Below, one piece after another: positions 53,990 to 64,000 of a DNA stretch of 64,000 bases. Made by a program: the position numbers and the translations under genes. Below the pieces are notes generated by a model. It ran no database searches, was not told the DNA's origin, and was given only the letters and a program-made list of their open reading frames with translations. Within the stretch, counting starts at the first letter, position 1, and each line of letters opens with the position of its first letter. Source of the DNA: Podarcis melisellensis (Eukaryota); NCBI GenBank assembly GCA_964234715.1, contig OZ174278.1. One strand, given 5' to 3'.

Positions 53990-54430
53990 ACATTATTCAG
54001 CCAAAGGCCTGGTTATAGAGAAACGTTTTCACCTGGTGCCTAAAGATATGTAATAAAGGCGCCAGGTGAGCTTCTCTGAGAGCATTCCACAAATGGGGAG
54101 TCACCACAGAAAAGGCCCATTCTCATGGATGAGGAACACAAATAAGGGGCTCAGATGATGATGGGGAGTGGTGTTCCTTGAGGTATTGCAGTCCTGAGCT
54201 GTTTAAAGCGTTATAAGTCAACACCCACACTTTTAATTGGGCCCAGAAATTAATTGGCAGCCATTGCAGTTAGGTCAGAATCGGTGTAATATGCTCAAAC
54301 TGTCTTGCCCCAGTGAGCAGCCCAGCTGCCCAATTCTGCACCAGCTGAAGTTTCTGAAACGTCTTCAGAAACAGCCCTATGTATAATGGACTGTAGTAAT
54401 CTAGCCTAGAGGTTACCAGATCTCTGTATG
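53990..54430 (-). mobile_element. L2 LINE ORF2 C-terminal remnant
   Basis: Minus-strand peptide LVTSRLDYYSPLYIGLFLKTFQKLQLVQNWAAGLLTGARQFEHITPIL fits the L2 motif SRLDYCN...KLQLVQNAAARLL...HITPIL. Confidence 0.85.
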
Positions 54431-56073
54431 ACAAATGAGTGAGTTTAGTCAATATGTTAATAGGACCAAATGCTGACAGGAAGTTCTACACTTCCATGAT
54501 GGGAAAGGGTTATGCTGATGTCCAAACAGCTTACATGAAAAAATCAAATACATACATACAATCTATCAAGTTCCCCCTGAATTTCATCCAAAACAAGGGT
54601 TGCAGGGTTGCTGCTCAGGTGAAATCAGAAGAATTTCAAGTGATGAAAATAAAAAATCTGATGAATATAGGGGAACTTTGCACCTCTAAAGGTACATTGC
54701 CAGACGAATTTGAACCTTTCTTCTCTGGCAAAACATACAAAACAGCAAGACTAGCAAAATTTATCAGAGAGATCTGCCCATCTCTAGGCTTCAGCTTTAG
54801 CTCTCAGATGATCTCAGAAAGTTTTCTAGGGCAGATCTATGGAGTTCTGCAGAAGAAGACAAAGGAGATTTTCTTTTCTCAGTGCCACTGTGGTAGTCAC
54901 AATTCTGCTTCAGGCACTGAGCACACACAAAACCATTATTGTGAAGTAGCATTGTGTACATGGGCAATAGAGAGTAAATTTATAAACCATGCATGTTCCT
55001 CAATCCTCATTTTTAGTAGAAGTGTCATGCTGCCACCACAAGTGGATAGCCATGAGCGGAACTGAAGTTTATAAGTAATCAATTGTGCAACTGAAAAAGA
55101 TAATTTCAGCAAAATCATGCCCATCTGAATAATGTGTGTGTGTTATTTATATGACATAATGTAAGTGTTCTGGACAGAGGACTTGGATTTTTATTTTTAG
55201 CATCCACCCCCTGCTTGTGTATTGCATGGAACAATGTGCACATCAAGGAACAAATGATTTTCACATCTTGAAAAGTCACAGTCATGTGGGCAATCTGACT
55301 AAATACAAAGAAATAAAGAAATAAAGGCATGAAAACTGTGCTCCCTCCTGCTTAAAGCAGGATTCCACCCTCCTGAAAGAAACTTTTCCTGGGTGTCATA
55401 ATTATTTAATGTTCAGACGTAACAATACTTTTATTCAAAACAACACTCTCATATTCTTTAGCTCTCCAGGCCCCCTTCTACCCAGGGAGAAGGCGTTAAC
55501 AGAGGGGGCAGGAAGAATTAAATGCACAAGTGAATTGTTCATTAGGAAATGTTTTGCAACCTCCTGAATATGATTGTGGGAGAATTTTTAATTCATGACA
55601 CTAGTCCATTTTCATATATTTCTTTTAAAGAAAACTGTATCAACACTCCCCATATTAGCACATTATGCACTACAAATGACAGAGGGTTACTTGAGCCTGT
55701 TCACAGAATTCTGTATTGTATTTAAACAGGAAGCACTGCTGCAAGCTATGCAAACATTCACTTCACCTCAACATCCTCCTCAAATCTTATTACCCAAGAT
55801 ACTTGTCATCTGGAGATCTACTTGTTGATTACTCTCAGTGAGTCAACCATGTAGTACGAGGCTCAGGCACATGGATATCAATACATGACTATCTGATTAG
55901 GTAATAGTGCCATGCACTTTAGGCCCTTTCAGTGGAGAATTAACAGCTAGATCTTCTAAGTAAGGCAAATAGTCCAGCTGGTTCAACATTCATCCTGCTT
56001 CTAACAGAGACAAGCCAGATACCTCCAGGAAGCCCACAAGCATGGGCCAAAGGCAGCAGGCCTCTCCCTATGG

Positions 56074-56292
56074 CAGCGGTGTCCAAACCTTTTTCAAAGG
56101 GGGGCCAGATTTGATGAAGTCAAGGACTGAAGTTGAGCTTTTTTAAGGATTTTCCCCCAAGTGGCTGAGCTTTTCTTAGGATTGAAGTTGTTGAGGTGTG
56201 TGTTTTTTTTAGGATTTTGCCCCAGGAAAACTGCCACAGGGGCCAGATTAAGCCGACCGGTCGGCCTCCAAAACTGGCTTTGGACATGCCTG
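56074..56292. mobile_element. hAT (Charlie-like) MITE nested in CR1
   Basis: TIRs CAGCGGTGTCCAAA / TTTGGACATGCCTG, 8-bp TSD CCCTATGG / CCCTATTG. Confidence 0.85.
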
Positions 56293-56956
56293 CCCTATTG
56301 TTTCTCCACCATCCACCAGGGACTACCATTCAAATATTTACCTTAACTAGTGGCTTCCACCACATCTTGTGAAAGTGAATTCTGCAAGTTCTATGTAAAT
56401 GTTGTGTCAAACAGTACTTTCTTGGTCTATCTTGAATCTACTATCAACCACAAGTGCTATTAAGAAAGGGGGGGAAATCTCCATTATATTGATTTCATCT
56501 GCGCCATAACTTTTTTAAAAACTATGAGCATGTTGTTTTTTAAAGGCTCTAATGCTTAAGGTTTTCCTTGTAGAAAAGATGCTCCAACCTCTTGTCATTT
56601 TCATTACCCTTTCTGAACTTTTTCTAGTCCTTCAGTACGCTTTTCTGAGATGAAGTAATTGAACTGTGAGAAGTATTCCATATGCGGCTGCAAAATATAT
56701 ATTTTATAAAGACTATATTATGATACTAGCTGTTTTATTTTCAGATCCTTTCCTAATAATCCATAGCAATGAATAAACACAAAAGCTGGCATTTCCATGG
56801 AACATTTCACTATGACCCCAAGGTCTGTTGCATAGTCACAGCCGGCATACATCCTAACAGTACATATACAAAAATCGGACTTTATTGTCTCAAACTTTGC
56901 ATTTACCTACACTGAATGTCATGCTGTTTCTCACACACCCAGTCTGGAGAGATCTT

Positions 56957-57525
56957 AGAATCATAGAATTTATTATTTATATGCTGTCCATCTGGCTGCA
57001 TTGCCCCAGCCACTCTGGCCAGCTTCCAACAAATTAGAACATAAAACATCAAGCTGGAAGCGATCCCAAGGATCATCCTCGGTCCTGTATACCTGAAGGA
57101 GCATCTCCACCCCCATTGTTCAGCCTGGACACTGAGATTCAGCACTGAGGGCCTTCTGTCGGTTCCCTCATGGCAAGAAGTGAGGTTACAGGGAACCAGA
57201 CAGAGGGCCTTCTCGGTAGTTGCGCCCGCCCTGTGGAACACCCTCCCATCAGATGTCAAGGAAATAAGCAGCTATCCTTTTTTTAAAAGACATCTGAAGA
57301 CAGCCCTGCTTAGGGAAGTTTTTAATATTTAATGCTGTATTGTTTTTAACACTCGATTGGGAGCCACCCAGAGTAGCTGGGGAAACTCAGCCAGATGGGC
57401 GGGGTATAAATAAATTACTATCTATTCCAACCGCCTGCAATGCAAGAATATGCAGCTATCCCCTATAGGGACTGAACCTGCAACCTTAGTGTTGTCAGCA
57501 CCATGCTCTAACCAACAGAGCAATC
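56957..57525 (-). mobile_element. tRNA(Ile-like)-derived SINE with CR1-type tail, interrupted by two L2 3' ends
   Basis: Minus-strand head gctctgttggttagagcatggtgctgacaacactaaggttgcaggttcagtccc (57469-57520); tail pieces at 57419-57450, 57036-57077 and 56957-56970. Confidence 0.7.
57078..57417 (+). mobile_element. L2 LINE 3' end
   Basis: tacctgaaggagc.tctc...agggccttctcggtagt.gcgcccgccctgtggaac.ccctccc...gccagatgggcggggtataaataaatt. Confidence 0.85.
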
Positions 57526-58149
57526 GGCACTATGCATCAATTTTCACCTTCCTGAATAATTTGCTAACACTTGAATATATGGTTGCCTAACTCCTGACTT
57601 GAGACTATTCATGAATAAATTACATAGGACTTTTCCCAGTACAGATCCTTGTGGGATATTGATCCTTAAGGGGCCCTGCTGATTACTTCTTTCCACTGTG
57701 AAATCTATCCATATATTCTTTGCCTCTGCTTTCTGCTTGCTAGCCAGTTACCAGGGGAGAAGACAAAAGCTGCTTGGTTCACTTTGATGTATTTCACCAA
57801 CTCTCCAATTTTGTGTACAGAGGCTCCCACAGAACATAAATATGTCCAGTTGGCTGAGGTTCTGACTTTCCCAGAATGAACTACAATGGTATTGCAAAGC
57901 TATCTTGCCCTATCAATATTTCATGGCACAGATAAAGCAGATCTTTATAAATCCATAAAATAAACTTGGAGAGCCTCTGAAATTTGACAAAGGCGAAGCT
58001 AAAAAATGATAAACAGGGAATTGTTGCTTCATGCATCTTATCTATTTTATGTAACAGCTTAGTTTCTTCTCTGATACTTATCTGGTGTGGTTTAGACCAA
58101 CACATGTATGTGAGAAAGAAGTATCTGAATGAGTGGTAAGACTGTATGA

Positions 58150-58536
58150 GAGGGGTGGGGAAACTCAGGTTCAGGGACTAAATGTGGCTCTCCAGGCCTC
58201 TCTGCCTGACCCTTGAGACTCTCCTCAGGCAACACCAACTCCTCTGTCCAGAGGCCCTCTGCCAAAAAGACCAAGGCCTCACCTGCCTTGCTTCATACCC
58301 TCCTTGCACGTTACCGTCTGGCTGGAATGTGTTCTTGAACTATGATAGTTCCTCTTGCTTGACAGGATGGATAATGGAAAGGGGTGCGTGATTTTCTGTG
58401 GAAAGCAGCTTACATACAGAAGTATGTAGCTAGTTTTCCCTCTTACCCTTCCCACACTGGTATGTATCCCCCCCCCCCCCCGTGGCTGCTCAGAAAGGAA
58501 TGTATTCCTTTGGCTGAAAAGAATTCTCCACCCCTG
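58150..58536. mobile_element. hAT-like MITE
   Basis: Ends GAGGGGTGGGGAA / TTCTCCACCCCTG, degenerate 8-bp TSD CTGTATGA / ATGTATGT. Confidence 0.65.
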
Positions 58537-59927
58537 ATGTATGTGATGCTCTGTCTAGCGGCAAGATTCTTATGTTTCTGTATGTTGTTCTTAATAAAAA
58601 GAAAGTGGATTATGAACCTACCTGTTTCTGCCGAGTGCTGGCCTATTAGCAGAATCTATCCGGGCACAGAAGCCTGAGTAAGTACAGTACTCCACCCTTG
58701 GGACCTATAGGCAAAAACAATACCAAACACTTAAGTTTCTGTAAATCACTAAGGTACACAGTAAAGGGGAAATGCAGGTTAGATTTTTAGTATGTATGTT
58801 CCTTAGCTGTTGTTGCTTTTATTTAAGATCCTGCCAAGTTAGCTAACAACATATAAATCCTGTTCTAATGTGCAGTGGTTTTATTCTGGAAAGGGTCTCT
58901 GCAACCTGGACTTAGCACTGCAGAATCTCATAACTGGCACATTAGTGTGTGTTTTTCCTCAAACCTTCTCAATTAACCAAAGAAGATATTGTGTATCTTT
59001 ACTTCCTAATGGCTGGCTGTGCTAATTTAACTCACAACTGAAAAACTGAGCAACAGACATTTTAGATCATGATCATCATCATCATCATCATCATTTGAGC
59101 CCAGAGAAAATATATCACTCAGCAGATAAAGTTTAGTTCCAAACTGAAGTAAATGTATCTGTGTAAACTATAGATGCATGTACAGTACTGCAGTTTCAGA
59201 ATTGCATTCATTCTCTCAGTTCTCTACTGCTTTGAGGGAAATGTCAGAAGAGCATAAATCAGGATAGTCCAGAATCGCCACAAACAGCTTGGAGAGGAAA
59301 ACACAAGAGTAAAACATGGGAATACACTAGACTGCTATGATTTACTATTACATATTGCTTGAGTTGGCTAAAATGCAAGGTGGTGGGTGGCGTAAGATGA
59401 CAAAATACTGACGTGGTCTAGATTTCCAGGGAAATGAAGCTCTTAGTAAAGTACCGGAAGATATATCCATAATCCTTTTTTCCTGTTACATACTGTTTTA
59501 GTTTGGGATTAATGTTCTGTGTCCAGAGGAAGGGCTGGTACTTGTTTCACACAAAGAACATTAAAAAACAAAAGAAAGGTTGAATTTACACTTGTAATGG
59601 AAAGGCTCTTTCCCTTCGCAGAGGAAAGCAAAATTCAAAGGGGGGGGGGGCTTCTGATAGAGGAAGCCATTTTTCACTATTTCCGCTTTTACCCTGTAAT
59701 CCAGAGCATCACCTCATGCAGTTGTGGAGAGCCCCCCAGTCCACTGGGGCAGGCTTTTTGGAAGGAAACAGAAAAGGAATATGCAGAAATTGCATTCCTC
59801 CCACCCTTTCCTCCAGCATTAGACACAAGCCTCTATCGAACCTAATATGTCTTACAAAACCAGAAATATAAATTTGATGTTATTCTTAACAAAGTAAGCG
59901 AATTGTTCCCCATTAAGAGACTGATAA

Positions 59928-60147
59928 CACTGGCCAACCACAAATTTGTTGTCTGCATTTTTTCAGTTGATTTAGGACAAATCTGATGCGCTGAATCCAA
60001 AAATCACATTGGTTTTGCTCAATCAGGACAAGTTTTTCTGCTATGGACACGTCATTTTTTTCGTTTTTGTTCACATGTACGCTTGTGTGGAGCACTTTAG
60101 AAGAAGTTGGTGGGGGTAAAATGCCATGTCGAATAATTGTTTTGATT
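59928..60147 (+). mobile_element. Isolated ~220-bp Chapaev3 end (inverted copy of 61150-61373)
   Basis: TAA-CACTGG start; near-identical reverse complement of the right end of the adjacent element, then abrupt truncation. Confidence 0.85.
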
Positions 60148-60184
60148 ATTTACTGATATTTGTTTTGATGTAATTTACTGATAA

Positions 60185-61373
60185 CACTGGGCAACAATTG
60201 TTTACTTTTTGAATGTTGTCTAGATTTCTACAACTGATTTACGGTATTTTTGCACTGCTGAATCAGGAAATGGCATCCGTTTCTCTCCATCAGGTCAGGT
60301 TTTTGTGCTATGTTGATTTGAAAAAAAATCAGATCTTGTGACAAAATCAATTACATTTTTGTGGCATTATCAGCTGATTTTTGACAACACATATCATCAG
60401 GTCAACACAAATAAACCACTTATGCTGATCATAACCAATTTTCTCCAGCACATACTTCACCGCTTCATAGTTCTCCTTCAGTGTACTCGAGTGAGCCAGG
60501 GGTATAGAGGCAAACTGGTTGCCATTGTGTAGCAGAACACATTTCAGTGATCACTTGCTGTCAATGAACAGTCTCCAATCTTTGGGTTCATACTGTGGCA
60601 GTCCAAGCTTGAGCAGAAGCTGCGCAATATCTGCACAGTACACCAAGTCCTTCTCTTCCAAGAAAAAACGGAGGTACTCTCGATGCCTGTTGCGGAAGAA
60701 GCTGATGCGAGCACTGTCAGAGAGGAGGTTTTTTTCCTTCAATCTAGATGCCAAGAGTTCGGCAGAGTCCTTTGACAAGCTGAGGTCGCGAACTAGATCA
60801 TTCAACTCCTTTTGGGAAAATGGATGTGGAGCATCATCTTCAAGAACCACTTCTTCTTCATGTCCTTCAACACTGGAGGCATCTTCGTCACTAATGTCAG
60901 GAAGTTCTCCAAAGATAGGCACTGGAATTTCATCACAATGAGCTACAGGACGACGTGCTGATTGAAGATCAGGATACTTCGTGGGGCGGCTGCCCCATTA
61001 ACTTAGTTTTGATCCCCCAACTTTATGCTTTGCCACACCAATTTATGGAAGATTTCGAGGTTTTATGACTTCAAACTGATCCCTTTTCAACATAATCACC
61101 CAGAACTATCGGACCTGAATACTTCTTGTCATTAAAATAATCATTTCCAATCAAAACAATTATTCGACATGGCATTTTACCCCCCCACCAACTTCTTCTA
61201 AAATGCTCCACACAAGCGTACATGTGAACAAAAACGTAAAAAAATGACATGTGGCCATAGCTCAAAAACTTGACCTGATTGAGCAAAACCAATGTGATTT
61301 TTGGATTCAGCACATCAGATTTGTCCTAAATCAGCTGAAAAAACGCAGACAACAAATTTGTTGTTGACCAGTG
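60185..61373 (-). mobile_element. Chapaev3 (CMC superfamily) DNA transposon, internally deleted
   Basis: CACTGG...CCAGTG termini, 3-bp TAA TSD (60182-60184, 61374-61376), imperfect ~130-bp TIRs, transposase fragment inside. Confidence 0.85.
60396..60980 (-). pseudogene. Chapaev3 transposase fragment
   Basis: YPDLQSARRPVAHCDEIPVP...FSQKELNDLVRDLSLSKDSAELLASRLKEKNLL...WRLFIDSK*SLKCVLLHNGNQFASIPLAHS...HKWFICVDL; one in-frame stop, N- and C-terminal parts missing. Confidence 0.85.
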
Positions 61374-62107
61374 TAATTTACTGATAATTATGCTAGCATA
61401 ATAAAAAGCAAAACAAAAACAGGCATGAATGCAATCTGGCAAAAGAAAAAGAAAACTCTGGTTTCTCTTCAGATCATATTTCTATTAGACAAAATCAAGT
61501 CATTCTGGGGTGAACATGCAGCAGCCAGTATGTAATACTATACTCTGGGAATTAGCCACCTAAATAAAGGCATTTCTATAGTATTGATCACTTTAGTATT
61601 TGAGGGCTCATAAATAAATGCTGGTGGCACTGTCTAGACCTTAGCTAAGTTTAAGGACAACTGGTTTTCTGAGTTAGTCAAGTATAAAATAAAATGTTCA
61701 TAATCACAACAGGCTGTAAGACAAATCAAGCATGAATTCTGTGAGACATAATTGTACAAAATGCCTCAATAGGCCCAATTCACCTTTATTGTTAGATGCC
61801 AGAAATCAATAGGAACTAAAACAAATTATAGCTAGTTCTTACGCTTATCATCATACATTTGTTCAACAAGATAACTAGAAATTTCTAAGAATGCTTTTGT
61901 TCATTAATTTTCGATTTTAAACCATTTAATTTACATAAGAAAAAGAAGTATCATTGGAATCCAGCTTGCTCAATCTGATCCCTTTTCTTTGTGCAACTCA
62001 GCCATAAATAAATGAAGCCACAGATAATAAAGCTTCAAAAAGAGAAAGATGATTTACTTAACTGCCGGTAGCAGAATGACTCCCCAGAAGTCTTTATAAA
62101 TAATATA

Positions 62108-62275
62108 CTGTATTTTTCCGTGTATAACACGCCCCCATGTATAAGATGCCCCCTATTTTGGAGGCTCAGAATCAGAAAATGGGGGGAAGATTGCCTCCGT
62201 GTATAAGACTACCCCCCCCTTTTTAACATAATTTTTTAGTAAAAAAAACCTAGTCTTATACACAGAAAAATACGG
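62108..62275. mobile_element. Tc1/mariner (pogo-like) MITE
   Basis: TIRs CTGTATTTTTCCGTGTATAACAC / GTCTTATACACAGAAAAATACGG, TA TSD, internal gtataaga repeats. Confidence 0.9.
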
Positions 62276-64000
62276 TAACTATTTTTCTCTCGGTGTTCTT
62301 CTGCAACAGTGTGCTTTACTTTGGACATCTTTCTCCAAATACAATTCACACACGGCATTGTTTATATATCTTTGACTATATAGTACAACTCTCCTTGAAG
62401 AGGCTGAATGCTACATTCTTTGGTATGCCTCCTAGAGGACAGCTATTCTTTGGACCAGAAAGTACTAGTTGTTACAGAGCAATGGTATCCTGAAAAATTT
62501 GTTTATAACAGAATGCTCCATAAACAAATGGCAATAAATGTCAATAATGACTCTTATACAAAGGAAAAGCAAGAAACCTATGAAAAAACGTGAGTCAAAG
62601 CAGCATATTACATTCAAGTACCAACGTAAAATATGGGGGAGAGCCTTTAAAAGGCATGATCGTAAAACATCTAGGCTATTCTAAAGTTGTCATGATCTTA
62701 CACATAAAATATATACCAAATCAATAAAGGAAAAATATACCATCAGTAAAGTAACCATACCATCAGTGTGGACTACACTGGAGATTGCCTCTTTTTTTGG
62801 TGATGTGGGGAGTTAGGTGTGGGGGAGAAAAGAGGCTGAGGCAATACCTGATCGTATAAAGTCACAGTAAGTAGGTCTTATGTAGAAGGCAACTACTTCA
62901 TCATTCCTCAAGTGGAGTTTATCTTAGCCACAGAGGCTCCCCACATGGGATAATAAGTCATACTCTTCTGGGTGTGAACACTTATACGGTAACAGCAATG
63001 TGTAGCAATAATAGTCCCCATACCTAGGGTGGTTCATCACTATTCTAGTGACAAAGAGCCTTCAAAGATGCTTTGCTATCTTTTTGAATTTGAGTAGAGA
63101 TAACCCAGAATAACATACCCATGCCTTAATGTGCATAGAAGTGGCGACAGGGCAATGATTGGAACATTGCTTAAAAGAATTTTGCTTTAAAAAACAACCC
63201 CAAACCTGACTACAGTACATGCACCATTTCCTGCTTGCAGAGTTATGTAAAGCAGAAAATAGAATAAACTCTCAGACATATCTCATCTAGTCTGCATCTC
63301 AGCTTTTACTGGAACACTCTGCTTTTCTAAGGATAGAAACATGAAATCCCAAAGGGAAATGTCTAGCATTCTCAGTAGGTGGTCAATGAGACACAGCGTA
63401 ATGAAATATGTACATGAAGCTCCATCAGCCGAACAAAGACACGGTGATTGGCAGTGATTGAAGCAATTGCTTCAACACTTATGCCTTAAGTGATAAGTGC
63501 ACTGATGATACTATTTCCAAAATGATGAACCAAGTTATTGATGCAATGATTTTTACAAGAAATTCAGCTTTGAGAGAGTGAGAGTCTTTAAATGGTAAGC
63601 ATTTCCTTCCTGCATTCAAGCTGCATTGTCATCCACATTATTAAGAAGGAAGGTCATGCAAATAATTGAAGGAAAAGGAAGAGTAAATTGCTGAGGGGAA
63701 TGGAAAAGGGCACACTTTTTTTGTCCATTTTCTTCCCACCACCACCATTCAGTTCTTCTTTCCCTTACAATCTATTCAGTGGTGAAAGAAGATCACTCAC
63801 TTTGACACCGAAATTAATTGGTAGGTTTTGGCATCCCAGTACATGTAGTATTGGACCCATAATTTTTAAAAATGAATTTTCATGGAGGGAGGGGGTGCAT
63901 GAACTCAAAAGTACACTTTAAAATCATGCAGAAGGACATTTAAATCTACATTTTAAATAAGTAGATGTGCATAATTAAGCTTTTAATGAAACATTTATTT

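Larger units (their letters stand above)
55960..57760 (-). mobile_element. Old CR1 LINE remnant hosting several nested insertions
   Basis: Reverse complement of CR1 ORF2 3' motifs (ttattttcagatcctttcctaataatcc, ttctgaactttttctag, gatccttgtggga). Boundaries approximate. Confidence 0.65.

Noticed and set aside
54439-55065. 208-aa ORF downstream of GRIK1
   Set aside because: GTG start next to an L2 remnant, no recognisable domain or splice structure; probably chance, though a BLASTP was not possible.
57469-57525. tRNA-Ile-like sequence on the minus strand
   Set aside because: Mismatched stems and anticodon region and contiguous with a SINE body; it is a SINE head, not a tRNA gene.
60519-60941. 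140-aa plus-strand ORF
   Set aside because: Antisense shadow of the Chapaev3 transposase.

Overview
Eukaryotic (vertebrate) genomic DNA, almost certainly a squamate lizard and probably a lacertid, judged from Sauria-type SINEs, CR1/L2 LINEs and Tigger/hAT MITEs. The window holds the 3' two-thirds of the kainate receptor gene GRIK1 (GluK1/GluR5) on the + strand. Eleven core GT-AG exons plus the 45-nt GluK1-1 cassette exon (508..45663) join in one frame (1881 nt, 627 codons) covering the distal ATD, S1, M1-M3, S2 and M4. They are followed by two alternative last exons, GluK1d-type (48057) and GluK1b-type (53273). The 5' exons lie upstream of the window. Highlights: (1) a readable long-range Q/R-site editing duplex with its intronic partner ~1.2 kb downstream; (2) an intact GluK1d C-terminal exon, often described as human-only; (3) a candidate 9-nt microexon (HFQ) that may correspond to the mammalian GluK1a H-Y-stop insert; (4) Asn at the residue that makes mammalian GluK1 AMPA/ATPA-sensitive; (5) a minimal Penelope-type hammerhead ribozyme in the sense strand of an intron; (6) a Chapaev3 DNA transposon with an extra inverted end downstream of the gene. 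Comparisons to mammalian proteins and repeat families are from memory, not from searches.
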